Source: the human T2T-CHM13v2.0 reference genome, Homo sapiens
NCBI RefSeq assembly: GCF_009914755.1
Contig: NC_060947.1
Reading direction: 5' to 3' (one strand)
DNA: 64,000 nt
The notes beneath the pieces were generated by a model that was not told the DNA's origin, ran no database searches, and saw nothing but the letters and a program-made list of their open reading frames with translations. Position numbers and translations under genes: made by a program. Below, in pieces: positions 1 through 18,299 of this stretch; the first letter of the stretch is position 1, and each line of letters starts with the position of its first letter.

Positions 1-454
1 CCATGGTAAATACAATTTTGAATTTTACTTTTTAAGTTAACATTATACATAAAGGTATTTCTATTTGTTATTACATCATCATAATCATGCTTTTTAATGA
101 CTTCTTCATACTACACCATCAGAATTTAATTAGCAATTTCACTATTTTTGACAATTAGTCTAGTTCTGAAATTTATTTTTTATTGAAGTACCTAGCATTT
201 TTTCATAAAATTAGGCCCATAAAAAGAACTGCACATTTTGTTTTGACAAACACATAGTGTTCCTATGACTGTAGCTTGTTTAGACTTGATTGATGCAGCT
301 GGTCCAATTCCTTCCTTAAAGAAATATTTATGAGAAGTATTTTTGTGTGCCTGAAAGCTCATTGTGCTGTGTGGATACGACACAAGGAAATGGACTGACC
401 AAATTATTTAGCCACATCTTTAGTCATTAAGAACCTGAAAATATGAAAGAGCCA

Positions 455-975
455 TGCTTAAAACCTTTGTAGGATCTCCATTCACTACAGATTAATGCCA
501 AACAAATATGACGTTGAAGTCCTGTTACACATTTTCCCCTGTCTCCCTTACCTCTTCAATCTCCTCTTTCACATAATACTACATTTTATACAAACTCCAT
601 CCATAGGAGGTTTTCAGGCCTCAAATATGCCAAACTCTTTCACCTAGGCATGTCTTTGTTCATGTTGCTCCTAAATCTTGGAATGCCCTCATGCACCTCC
701 AATAACACCTCTCCCATTAACTTGGCAAAGTGGCTTTCAAGACTCCATATGAAGTTTCTCTAAGCTGTCTTCTCCAGATAGAATAAAAAAATCCTTCCTT
801 TGTGTTCTCTTGTTTCTTTTCTTTAAGAAATCCTATCATAGGACCTGGAACCTTTCATTATACCTGTTTTTAAGTTCATTGAAGGCAACAATTTTAAAAT
901 ACATAATAAATTGTATTCTAAGTGCCTCCCATGTTGAGACATAAGTGCTTAGCACATAGCAGTAACACAATAAAA
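455..975 (+). mobile_element. Degraded LINE-2 (L2) 3' fragment
   Basis: Resembles the L2 3' region and ends in 'agtgcttagcacatagcagtaacacaataaaag', like the L2 terminus. Highly diverged; boundaries approximate. Confidence 0.55.
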
Positions 976-1104
976 GATAAGATTAATGGTCTTTGGAAAT
1001 ATTCAGCTTCCATTTTCTACTTTCTGTATGAAAGATTCTATAACAGCTTATTGTTATTTTTCAAGACTACTGCATAAGGAGATTTTAGAAGCCTCCTGGT
1101 TTTA

Positions 1105-2110
1105 TAATCAACAAATATTTATTGAGCAGCTATTTTATACCAAGCATTGTTCTGGGTGTGATCATGGAGTAACACTGAGGCAAGTGTAACTGCTGCTGAG
1201 TGAGCAAGGAGAAGAATATGAGGCCATGAGAATAGAGAGAAAACTGGCGGCCTATTTTAAAGACCTTGTTCTTTACTGATAAGGAGCAGTGAAGTAATAC
1301 CTTCCAGAAGGATTCCTCTGGATGTCGTATGGAGATTAAGGTATAGGAAGTTGAGGAATTGCTATTGTTTAAATATGATTTACTCCCACTAAAACTCACG
1401 TTGAGACTTGTTTCCCAATGTGGCTATGATGAGAGGCAGTGTCTCTAAGAAATTATTAGATCATTATGAGGAATTAATGCCTTTCTCAAGGGAGTGAGTT
1501 CTTGCTTTCAAAATAGCAGATTAGTTACTAAGAGAGTGGATTGTTATGAAACAAAACTGCCTCTCATCTTTGATCTCTGCACATCCCTGCTCCCCCTTCT
1601 GCTTCTGCACTGTTGTGATGCAGCATGTGGCTCTCACCAGAAGCCAGCCAGATGAGCTGTCCAATCTTGGACCTCCTAACCTCCAGAATCATGAGCTAAA
1701 TACACATCTTTCCTTTATAAATCACCAAGTCTCAGGTATCCTGTTATAGCAACAGAAAGCAAAGATAGGGATTAAACAGAAAGACCATTCAGAAGGCTAC
1801 TGAAATGATCAAAATAAAAATTGTTGGTGGCTTAAACCAGGTATAAGTGCTGAATGTGGGAAAAGTTGTCATATTTAGGATACAGTGTGAAGGTAAAGCT
1901 AACAGTGACGTATTTTGTATCAAGTATAAGAGAGAGACAAATCAAACATGAGTCTATGGTTTATGGTTTAAGAAACTGGAAAAATAAAGTTGTAATTTAC
2001 TGAGATTAAAGAAAAAGACTGCTTAGGAACAAGGTGTGAGGGAATAATAAGGAATTTGACTTTTATCATTTTAGAATTGCACTTGGCAATCAAGTAGTTG
2101 GATATATAAG
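1105..2110 (-). mobile_element. LINE-2 (L2) fragment, split by a MaLR LTR
   Basis: Starts with the reverse L2 terminus 'caacaaatatttattgagc...ccaagcattgttctgggtg'. Resumes after ~1770 with L2-like 'gaaggctactgaaatgatc...ggtggcttaaaccagg...gaaggtaaagctaacag'. Confidence 0.7.
1360..1768 (+). mobile_element. MaLR solo LTR (MST/MLT1A type)
   Basis: Starts 'tgctattgtttaaatatg...aaaactcacgttga'. Typical 3' part 'ctccagaatcatgagctaaatacacatc...ctcaggtatcctgttatagcaacagaaa'. Confidence 0.8.
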
Positions 2111-2119
2111 CTTGGAGTT

Positions 2120-2620
2120 ATTTTAGTTACTATGGCTCTGTAAAAATAATTACCCCTGAATTTACTGTCTTAAAACAATGAGCATTTATTTTATTCATGA
2201 ATCTACAATTACGTCTACGATTGGTGAGGCTGACTTATCTGTGCTCCAATTGGCATCAGCTGAAGTGACTTGATGGCTAGGGGGATGGAATCTTCTGAAG
2301 GGTCATTCCGTCATGTGACTGGTGGTAGATGCTGGCTGTTGGCTGAAACCTTAGCTAAGGCTGTTGGTTAGAACACCCAAGTATGGCCTCTCCCCATGGC
2401 CCAAGCTTCCTCACAATATGGAAGAATGATCCCCAAAGGAAGCATCCTGAGAGAGAGAGAGAGACAAAGAGAGGGGAGGGGGGAGGAAGATGTGTCTTTT
2501 TATGAACTCATCTTGGAAGTCAAATAGAATCACTTTTAACCATACTCTATTGGTTGGAGCCACCATAAATCCCACCAAGATTCAAGAACACAGAATGTTA
2601 GTTACTGTGTAAGAAGAGCA
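2120..2620 (-). mobile_element. Old MLT1-family MaLR LTR, with a (GA)n/G-rich tract at ~2449-2488
   Basis: MLT1 motifs 'cttaaaacaatgagcatttatt', 'gatgctggctgttggctg', 'gcttcctcacaatatgg' and 'ttggaagtca...cactt...catactctattggtt'. Confidence 0.7.
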
Positions 2621-4316
2621 CATGGGATAGATGTCAGACCTATACCTGTTACCTAATTTCTTTCCTTGCCACTTTCAGATTGACCTAGTCATTTCCCAAA
2701 GATAGCTGCTTTCACTAAGTGATCAAAAACTGGAAATGAGTAAAATGAATATATACATTGCCTTCTACTGTAGGGTATTTTTAACTGACTGATAATTGCT
2801 TAGGGAATTTTAAAATCCAAAATACTTGTCTTTAACCTCAAATCTCAATGGCCTTCAAGTAAGTAAGTAATAAGTACAGATACTAAGCATCTGCTTTTCT
2901 CAGATTCTATACATTTTATTATAAAATTTTACTGTATCTTTAGATTGGTCCAAACATCTAACGTTCTGTCAAAGGGGAATGAGAATACGATATTTTCCTT
3001 AACTACAGATATTCAGGAATGTACTGAGAATATATTTTAAATGACACTTCATGTCTATTAAAATAAACCTAAGTTAAACTGGGCCTTTTGTTTCCAGTTA
3101 ATGATGGAGATTCAATATTAAACAAGGTAATAGCTGTTACTGACAGATGGTGTGTGATTGGAGCAATGTTGATGGTACCCAGAGACACTGATAAAAGACA
3201 CAAGTCTCTAATGCAAGTAAAAGACACTCAAACACAGCTGCATGAAAATGGCTAAAGCGGGAGACTCAGAAGCATTCTTTTCATTGTAGGGGCAATCTCC
3301 CTTTGTATTCAAGTCCCCATGAAGTTACCCTACTGCTTATAATAACACGTGACTAATACAGATTCACCAAGTCCTTTGAGAAACTCAATCTAGACATTTC
3401 TTGGAGCAGGGAGGGATTTGTTTGTACTCATGTAGTCACCCTAAACTCTTCTGAGAGTCACACTGTCATAATTTACTTATTAAAATCTGCTAATGTGATG
3501 CAATCTGACAGAAGCTCCAAGTCAACTGCATTAAGGTACAAATGCAATTTGGCCTGGGAATAATTACTTCTACACCACTTATCTTCTTAGAACGCAGTAT
3601 AAGCCAGTGCTGTCACATTTCTGGCAACGATAGTAGGCTGAGTTGAATCAAAGGTTGAGGTCAGGAGTCTCTGGCATTGACCATCTCAGTTAAGTCTGTT
3701 TCAGGCCTGCCTGTATTCAGTCTCCCCAAATTGTCTTTCCATCCTTTTCCAAAATAATATAAAGTAGATATCCACTGACACTGTACTTATCATATTTTGA
3801 ATGTGTCCAAAGAGCAACAGCAACCTATTCCAAGTTATAGTAAAATAGACACTAAAGGATACATGAAGCATCATTTAAAACCTATGATAAAATTAAAATG
3901 TGTATCTATCTTCCAAATTAAATATTATTTATGAAATATTGCTTATAAAATATTGCTTTTTGGCTTCCAAATCTTGTGTGAGAACCACTAAATTTTCTCA
4001 AAACAAAGTTTCTCTGTTGGGACACAATAAAGTTTTATATTTTGTCATTAATGTATCATTAATGCGAATTTGAGTTTATAACTACTTTCTTCATGAAATT
4101 CAACTATTCCACTGCCACATAAAATATTCAGTTTAGGAAATATTGTCAATGACTCAATATGCTTCTGTTTGCTTTTAGAAACATAAATTCCCTACATGGC
4201 TTGCAATACCCTGCATCACCTATCACTATCCAGTTTTATACCACTTCTTATAGCACTTTTCACTTGCAAGCTATACAGTAGCTTTACTGCCATGATCGTG
4301 ATCACTTCTACTTCCT

Positions 4317-4735
4317 TGCTATAGTTTGAATATTTGTCCCCTCCAAAACGTATTTTGAAATTTAATTTCCAATGTTGCAGTATTGAGAGACAGGGCCTTT
4401 AAGAGGTGATTGGATTGTGAGGGCTCTTCCCTCATGAATGGATTGATATAATTAATGGATTAATAAATTATAATGGGATGGGAAGTGGAGGCTTTAGAAG
4501 AAGAGAAAAAGAGACTCAAGCCAGCATGTTAACGTGTTCAGATCCCTTGCTATGTGCTGCCTTGTGCTGCCTTGGGATACTGCAGAGTCCCCACCAGCAG
4601 GGAGGTTCTTACCAGATGTACTCCCTGACCTTGTACTTCCCAGCTTCCATACTGTAAGAAATAAATTCCTTTTGTTTTTATAAATTACTCAGTTTCAGAT
4701 ATTTTGTTTTAAGCAACAGAAAACAAATTAATACA
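4317..4735 (+). mobile_element. MaLR solo LTR (MSTC/MSTD-like) inside an L2 relic
   Basis: TG...CA ends: 'tgctatagtttgaatatttgtcccctccaaa' to 'agcaacagaaaacaaattaataca'. Contains the AATAAA polyA signal at ~4659. Confidence 0.85.
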
Positions 4736-5446
4736 TTGTTCAATGACTTTTTAAACTGCTGCTTATCCACCTGGAATGTTCTTGTTCCAAAGTTTCAAAT
4801 GACTGTTCTTTTTTTTTCTAATATTAGTTGAAATGTTATTTGCTAAGACAGGCCTTCCTTAACCACACAAACCCAATAAGCATGCCAAATCCGAGTCACT
4901 AACTACGATATTTTCTTCTTTTATTTTTTGGGTAACACTCATCATTTTGAAATTCTTATTTTATTTATTTGTTCTCTCATTTATTTCTCCCCCTCTCCTT
5001 CCCTTCACTCCTTTATTTCCAAATGCTTTCATGTATTTTTCCTCATTTATAGCATATGTTTTTCCTGCCTCTGGCCAAAAATTTACATAGTATCTATCTT
5101 CTTGCTCAAAACATTACGTTGTTTTTATACTTTTTAATATGCATGGAAACATTCTTGGAATCCAGTGTTGTAATCAGAGCCAGATCTACTCAAGATGCAG
5201 AGAGCTGAAGAAGTTGGTTTAGTGTCCTTGAAAAACCCTGTCATTTCTCTTGGAAGCACATTTCATTTCTAGGAGCTCAAGATTCTTCTACCCTCAGCAA
5301 GGCTATGTAAAAATCAATGCTATGGATGCCTGTGGGGTCCAAGTACAAGAGAATATAGCTTTTGGTGTACCAAAGGAAGGAGGTATTACCCGTTGAGTTA
5401 TGCTTTCTTTGAATGCACTCTCTCTTCAGACTCAATTAAATACAAA

Positions 5447-7170
5447 AGCTTTATTGAGATTTAATTTATAAATGATAAAATCATGCTTTTAACATATATA
5501 ATTAGTGGATATTAGTATATTCACAGAGTTGTGCAGCCACTACCACTATCTCATTCTCAACACCTCCAGAAAGAAACTGATACAAATTAGCAGTCACTCA
5601 ACACATGCCACCCTCACATCCCATGTAACAAGCTTCTGGAAAACACTAATTACATTCTGTCTTTATGAATTTGTCTAATCTGCATATTTTATATACACGT
5701 AATCATACAACATGTCTTATTTTGTGTCTGGCTTCTTTGACTTGACAAAAAGTTTTCAAGGTTCATCCATATGGCAGCACGTATCAGTACTTCATTCCTT
5801 TTTGTGGCTGAATATTATTCCGTTACATGAATGGATCACATTTTATTTTTTCAGTTATCACTTGATGAATAGTTGAAGTATTTCAGTTTTTCCTATTATA
5901 AATAATGATGCTGCAAATGTATAATTGTGTGGACATAGGTTTTCCATTATCTTTAGTATATACTTAGTAGAATTGCTGGGTTGTATGGTAACTATATGTT
6001 TAATATTTGAAGAGCTTCCAAGCTGTTTTCCAAAGCAGCTGCAGTATTTTGTATTCCCACCAAAAATAAATACATAAGGGTTCTAATTTCTCCACTTCCT
6101 TACTAATGCTTGCTTTAATCTGTCTTTTTTATTATAACCATTCTATTGTGTGTGAAGTGGTATCTCATTGTGGTGTCGATTTACATTTCCCAAATAACTA
6201 ACATATGGTGTTGCACATCTTTTCATGTGCTTATTTGCCATTTGTTTGACTTCTTTGGTTAGGGGTCTATGCAAATCCTTTCCCCATGTTTCAATTGGGT
6301 TATTTATCTCTTTGTTATTGGGTTATAAGAGATTTTATATATCCTCAGTACAAGTTACTTGTCAAATATAAAATTTGTCAACATTATCTTACAGTCTCTT
6401 GGTTATTTTTCACTTTCTTATGATGACCATTAAAGCATGAGTGTTTTAATTTTGATGATATAAAAGTGATGTTTGTTTCGTCACTTACATGTTAGGTTTC
6501 TATGTAAGAAAGCATAGCCTAATCAAATTAATGAAGATTTACTCCTATGTTTTCTTCTAAAAGTTTGATAAGTTTAGCTCTTAGAATTAGATCTATGATC
6601 CATTGTGAGTTTATTTTCATGTATGGTGTGAGGTAGGTCCAATATCATTCTTTTGCAAGTGAGTAGCTAGTTATCCCAATGCCATTTTTTGAAAATAGCA
6701 CTTTTTGCCATTAGACTATCTTGAACACTTGTGAAAAATCAATTGACAATTGATATGATGTTTTACTTACGGACTGTCCATTCTGCTTGAATGATCTCTA
6801 TGTTTATCACTATGCCAATACCATTATGGCTTGATTATTGCAGCATTGCAGTATATCTTAAAATTGAAGTGTAAGTCCTCCAAATATGTTCTTTAAAAAA
6901 AAATGTTGGGGGCTACTCTCAGACCCTTGTGTCTTTATGTAAATGTTAGAATGAGCTTTTCAATTTTTGTGTATAAAATAGCTAAGGTGTTACTAGAGCT
7001 TTTATATAATTTGCAGATAATTTTCAGAGTATTGTCATTTTAGCAGTATTAGTTATTTTAACCATTAAACACAGGAATATCTTTCAAATTTTTCTGGTCT
7101 TTTTAAATTTCTTTCAATGATATATGTAGTTTTTATTCTACAAGACTTCCATTTGTTTTGTTAAATTTAT
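5447..7170 (-). mobile_element. Ancient L1 (L1MB/MC-type): 3' end and ORF2 C-terminal region
   Basis: Reverse L1M 3' terminus 'agctttattgagat...tattcacagagttgtgcagccactaccact', followed by reverse ORF2 motifs such as 'gtgaagtggtatctcattgtgg'. Confidence 0.85.
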
Positions 7171-8695
7171 TTCTATTTTTATGTATTCTGGATACTATTT
7201 CATTATAAGATATATGATTTATACATATTTTTCTCCCATTCTGTTGGTTATCTTTTCACTGATATTATCATTTGCAGCATAAAATTTTAAATTTTTTTAT
7301 AGTCCAATTTATCTATTTTTTTCTCTCTTTTTTTTCTTGTGCTTTTGATGGCAGACTAAGAAGGCTTTGACTTACCTAAGGCTGCAAAGATTTACTATTA
7401 TGTTTTTGCCCAAGATTTTTAAAATTTTATTTTTTCCAAGTAGGTTTTTGATCCATTCATTATTGATTTTTGTATATAAAGTCAGGGATGGTTTCAATTT
7501 CAATCTTTTGTTATGTTGAAATTCAGCTGGTGCAGCACCATCTGTTGAAGACTATTAATCTCCCCCCATTTAATTGTCTTGGCACCCTTGTTGAAAATCA
7601 ACTGAACAGAAACATGAGGATATATTTTTAGAATTTCAGTTGATTTATATGATTATGCTTATGCCTTTCCCACATTGTCTTGATCAGTCTAGTTTATAGT
7701 AAGTATTGAAACAAGAAACTGACAGTCTTTCAACATTGTTCATTATTATCAAGATTGTTTTAGATATTTAGGCTGCCTTACATCTATGAGTGACTCAGCT
7801 TGCCAATTTCTGCAGAGGGAGCCAGCAGGGATTTTTGACAAGAAATGTGTTGAATTTGTAAATGTATTTTCAAGGTATTACCATCATAGTAGTAATAAGA
7901 CTTTCAATTCATAAACATGGAATGTCTTTATATTTAAATTATCTTTAATTTTTAATGATATTTTATAGTTTTCATGCACAGTATAGTTTTCTCATACTTC
8001 TTTTTTTACTTTTATTCCTAAATATTTAATTCTTTCTAGTACTATTATAATTATAATTATTTTCTTGGTTTCCTTTTTGATAATAACTATGAGTTTCCAT
8101 ACATGCCCACTTTCAGGTTGAGAAAATTTCTATTCCTAGTTTTAAAAATTAATTTAGTGTTTTTCATCATGAAAGGACATTGAATTTTGTCAAATTTTTT
8201 CTGTATCTATTGAGATGTTTCTGTATTTCTTGTCCTTTATTCTATTCATATGGTATATTATTTTATTGATTTTCATGTACTGAATTAACTTTGCATTGCT
8301 GGGATAAATTCTACTTGGTTATGGTACGTAAACCTTTTTATGTGTGGCCAAATTTTGTTTTAGTATTGTCTTAAGAATTTTTGCATTTATATTCATACGG
8401 AATGCCAGTCTGTGGTTTTGTGGGGTTTTTTGATGCCTTTGTTATATACTGAATACTTGTGTTTCCCCACCCCCTAAATTCGTATCTCGAAATCTAAATC
8501 CCCAATGTGATGGTGTTAGGAGTTCAGGTCTTTGGGAGGTGCTATTGTCTGAGTGTGTTCTCCCAAAAATCCATATATGGAATCATAATTTTCAATGTGG
8601 TGGTTGGTATTGAAAGGTAGGGCTTTTGAGAGGTGATTAGATCGTGAGGGTCCTACCTCCATCAATGGGCTTAGTTCCATTAAAAAGAGTCCGAG

Positions 8696-12904
<4,209 letters not shown>

Positions 12905-15763
12905 AAAAGAGTCCATGGGAGCTTTCTCCTTCTTTCTTCCATGTGAGGACACAGGTAGAAGGTGCCACATTTGAAGCAGATAGCTAGTCCTTAACAGACA
13001 CTAAATTTGCTAGCCCCTTGATATTGAACTTTTGAGCCTCCAGAATTGTGAGTAATACATTTCTTTTGTTTATAAGTTACCCAGTGTAGGAGGGTATTTT
13101 GTTACAGAAACCTGAAGAGACTAGACAGAAATGTGTACAAAGAAGTGGAGGTGCTGCTGTAACAAATACCTAAAATGTGGAAGCAGCTTTGACACTGTGT
13201 AACAGGTAGTGGCTGGAAGAATCTGTAGGAGTATGCTAGAAAAAGCCTACATTAATTGAGCATTAAGGGTAATCTAGTGAGGTTTCAGAAGAAGAGGAGA
13301 GCTGTAGAGGAAGCCTCAGTTTTTGTTTTTTAGCAATTACTTAAATGATCATGATCAGAATGTTGGTTGAAATATGGAGAGTAAAAGCCATTCTAATGAG
13401 ACTGCAGATGAAAATGAGGAAGAAAATGCTATTTAAACAGTGCAAGACTAACCCTGAAGGCATTTTTGAGAGCTTTGTCGCTACCCTGCTCATCACAGGC
13501 CCAGAAATCCAGGGCCTTGGGGACAAAATAATTTCAACGCTCTGCTCTCAACATTCTGGTGTGGTACTCCTTGGCAAGCCCACTTGTGGTTCAAATGGGC
13601 TTCAGGGGTGACTTGGGCCACCCCTCTGCAAGGCATAGGTGGCAAACCATCGTGGTGTCCATACAGCGTCATTTCCACAGGCAGGCAAAGTGCACAAGCT
13701 GTAGAGGCATGGCTACCTTCACTTAGATTTCAAAGGATATCCTGGAGATCCTTGGGGAATGGACAGAGGACTACCACAGGGTCACAGTCACAACAGTACC
13801 CCTACTAGAGCCATGCCCAGCAGAACCATGGAGTCAGGGACATCAAAGAGAGTCCCAACTATGGTAAGACCTGGTGGAGCCATGGAGGTAGGGCTACACT
13901 TGAAACTTGACACTTGTAGAGCCACCAGCATGTAACTATAGCCTGGGAGAGCAGCAGGCATACAACCCCAACATATTAGAGCTTCCGTATGGGCTGAGCC
14001 CAGCAAATACATGATGGCGGTGCCTATTGGACACTTGAGGACCTTATCTCAGCCTAAGCCTGTCTGGAAGGTGAGACATTAAGTCAAAGAAGATTATTTT
14101 CAAGCTTTGAAATGTAATGTTGTTTGCCCTGTTGGGTTTTGACCTTGATCAGAACTTGTCACTCCTTTCTTTTTTCCTATTTCTCTTTTTTGGAATTGGA
14201 ACGTCTGTCCTATGCCTGTCCCTTTGTGTTTCAGAGGCACATAACTTGCTTGATTTCACAAGTTTACAGTTAGAAAGCCATTTGCCTCATTTGGTACCTT
14301 AAGTCTCACTCATATCCAATTTAGATGATATTGAGATGATACTCTGGACTTTAGATTTTCAGTTGATGCTAAAATAAGTTAAGACTTATAGAGTTATTGA
14401 AATGTAATAAATGTATTTTATATGAGAAGAAAATAAATTTGGGGGGTCAGGTGCAGAATGTTATAGTCTAAATGTGTCCACCCACAAAGTTTATATTTTG
14501 AAACCTAATTTGCAATAGTATTCACAGGTTGGGTCTTTGGGAGGTTATTAGATCCGCACTCATGAATGGGATTAGACCCTTATAATCAAGGCCTGATGGA
14601 GCTTCTTCACTTCTTTTTCATGTAAGGACAAAGCTATAAGGTGCCATCTTCACAGCAGACAGTGAGATCTGACAAGGCATTGAATCAGCCAGTGCCTGGA
14701 TCTTGAACTTCCCAGCCTTCAGAACTGTGAGCAATACATGCCTGCATTCTTAAGTAAATTATCAAATGTAAGTTATTTTGTAATAGCAGCCTAAATGAAC
14801 TTAAAAGGTAATTAGTTCATGAGGGTGTAGCCCTCATGAATGAGATTTGTGCCCTTACAAGAAGAAACAGGAGCACCCGCTCCTAGTTTCTCCGTTCTTC
14901 ACTATGTAGATACAATGAGAAGATTGCCATCTGCAAATAAGAAAATGGTTTCTTCTTAGACATAAGATCTACAGGCACTTTGATCTTAAACTTCTCAGCC
15001 TACAGAATTGTGAGAAAAAAATGTCCATGGTTTAATCTGCCGAGTCTGTATTATATTTTTTATAGCAGACCAAACTGAATAAGACAGGCTTGATTTTGGC
15101 ATCAGGGTAATACTAGCCTAAAAGAATGAGTTGGGTTGTGTTGCATCCTCTTTTATTTTACCAAAAGTTTTTTTTTTTTTTTAATTTGAATTAGTTCTTC
15201 TTTAATCATTTGTTACAATTCACCAGTAAAGCCATCCAGGCCTGGGTTGTTCTTTGTGGAAAATATGTTTATTAATAACTCAGTCTCTTTACTTATTAAA
15301 GAATACAGTCAGATTTTCCATTTCTTCTTGAATAATTCTCTATAGTTCTTGTCTTTACATAAAATTTTCCACTATATCAAGTTACTTATTTTTTTTTGCA
15401 ATAGAGTTGTTCATAATATTTTCTTTAATTACTCTTCTTTCTGTAAGATTGGTGGTAATGTCACTTCTTTTTTTCCTGATTTTATTAATTTGACTATTCT
15501 GTCTTTTTTCTTGGCCAGTCTAGTTAAATGTTTGTCAAGATTGTTTACATGTTAAAACAAAAAACAACTTTTAGTTTTATTGCTACTTTCTACTACCTTC
15601 CTATTCTCTATTTTATTTATTTCTTTTTAAACCTTTATTATGTACTTTCTCCAGCTTCCTTTGGGTTTAGTTTGTTTTTTTCTATTTTGTTAAGGTAGAA
15701 GTTTACATTATTAATTTGAAATAATTATTTCTTGATGTAGGCATTACAACTATAAATTTCCTC

Positions 15764-16225
15764 AGCTATGTGTTCAATTTTTTCCCTTCAAAAAGATATT
15801 TTGAACTCATAAACCTTAATGCCTTAAAATTCCATCTTAATTTGGAAATAAGTAATTTTCAGATTTCATCAAGTCAAGATTAATTTACTAGGGATGCCTT
15901 AATTCAATATGACTAGTTTACTTATAAAATAATGATGGACATATACAGAATGAAAATGATATGAAGGCATATAGAAAAAATGCCATGTGAAGATAGATGA
16001 GAATTTTGTGTCTGCAAGCCAAGAAATGCCAAAGACTTCCAGCTAACCACCAGAAGCTAGGAAGAGGCGGGAAAGGATTCTGTTACAGGTTTCAGAGGGA
16101 AAACATCTCTTCCAACACCTTCATTTCTGACTTCTAGCCTTGATAACTGGGAGATAATAAATTCTGTTGCTTTAAGCCACCCAATTTATGACATTTTGTT
16201 ACAGCAGCCCTAGGAAACTAATACA
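15764..16225 (+). mobile_element. MLT1B/C solo LTR
   Basis: 'ccaccagaagctaggaagaggc...ggattct...ggtttcagaggga' and the terminus 'acagcagccctaggaaactaataca'. Flanks tcctc/ccctc. Confidence 0.85.
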
Positions 16226-18299
16226 CCCTCTAAAGCACTATTTTGTTTCATCTCATACATATTGGTATGTTACATTTTCATTTTCATTCTTCATCTTGGA
16301 ATTTATTCCTAGACCCATTGGTTATTTAGTAGTGTGTCATTTAATTTTTAGGTGTTTGTGAATTTCTCAAATTTTCTTCTGTTATTTATTTTTAATTTTA
16401 ATCTTTTGTGATTGGAGAACATCCTTTATACTATGTCAGCGCTTTTAAATTTATTGAGACTTGTTTTGTGGCTTTATATGTGGCCTATTCTGTACAATAC
16501 ACGACATGCACTTAAGTAGAAAGTGTATGCTCCACTTGTTGCCTGAGGGATTCTATAGATATGTTAGTTTTAGGTGTTTTAGAATGTTGTCCCCATCTTC
16601 TATTTCATCGTTGAACTTCTTTCTAGTTCTGTCCTTTATTAGAAGTGGAATATTGGAATCTCCAACAATTCTTCTTGAATTGTCTATTTCTACCTTCAAT
16701 TATGTCAGGTTTTACTTTATGCATTTTGCAGCTGTGGTGTTAGGTGAACATGTGTTTATAATTGTTTGATGGATTAACCTTTCTACAACTATAAAATGAC
16801 TTTTTGTATCTCTGGTAACATTTTATCTTAAACTTTATTTTGTCTGATATTAATGAAATTACTGCAGCTATCATTTTGGTACTGTTTGCATGCCATTTCT
16901 TTTCCTATCCTTTTACTTTCAACCTAGTTTTGCTTGAATTTAAAGTGTGTCTGTGTAGACAGCATAGAAATATACCATTATTTTTGTTTTCATCCATTCT
17001 GCCGATCTCTCCCTTTTAATTAGAGTGTTCAATTCACATTTACTGTCGTTACAAACATTTCAGACTTAAGTCTACAATTTGCTGTTATTTTCTTTATGTT
17101 AAATCTTTTTGTTCCTCTCCCCCTTCATTACTGCCTTCTTTTGTACTAAATAGGTATTTTCATTTATAATGTTTTAATTTCTTTGCCATTTTTTCAACTC
17201 TATTTTTGAGTTATTTTCTTAGTAGTTTCTCTGGGAATTATAGGGGTGAATATAGTAACTCATAACAATCTAGTTTTGATTAATACTAACTCAATTTCTT
17301 CTCTATAACTCTATTATCTCCCCTCTCTTTGGTACTGTTGTTCTCATACAACTGCATATTAATACACTGTGTGTTTGTTAAAATTGATACATAATTATTG
17401 CTTTATACAGTTGTGTTTAAATAAGATAAGGGAAATAATGTTATGAAAAAAGTATATTTATACTTTTTTATCATATTAACCTATTTGGTCATCTTACCAG
17501 TGTTCTTTATTTCTCCATGTGAATTTGAGTTACTATTTAATGTCTTATCATTTCAGACTGAAGGTCTCCCTTTGATATTTCTTAAAGATAATTGGCTATT
17601 TATGAATTATCTCAGTTTTTATCTTTTTTGGAATATATAAATGTCTTTGTTATTTCTAAAATATAATTTGCTGGATATAGATCTATTGGTCTGCTGTTTG
17701 CTTTCAGTACTTTGACTATGTCATCTCACTCTTTTCTGGTCTCCAAAGTCCTGATAAGAAATCTGCTGTTAATCTTATTGAGGATACCTTTTTATGTGAT
17801 GAGTTGTTTTTCTCTTGCTTCATTCTATATTCTTTCTTTGTGTTTCAACAGTTTGGTTTTGTGTCTAAATTTAAATGTCCTTCGGGATTTTTTTCTTCTA
17901 TTTGGAGATCTTTGCACTTCTCAGCTATGTAGAATAATTTATTTTGTCAAACTCCAGAAGTTTTGACCATGATTTCTTCAAATATTCTCTCTGTCCTTTT
18001 CTCTGTCTCTTCTTTTAATTCCCATTATGTTTATGTTGTTTTGCTTGATGGTGTTCCACAGGACTCTGAGGCTCTGCTTAGTTTCTCTTTATTCATTTTT
18101 CTTTCTGTTTCTTAGATGGGATAAGCTAAAAGTGTCTGTCTTCAAGGGGACAAAGTATTTTTCTGCCAGCTCAAATCTGCTGTTATTTTTCTTTAATGTT
18201 TTAATGTACTTATTGTAATGTCAACTCCATAATATCCATTAGTTTTTGTGTGCATGTTTTTTATTTATATTCTCTAAAAAATTACCTTAGACTCTTTTT

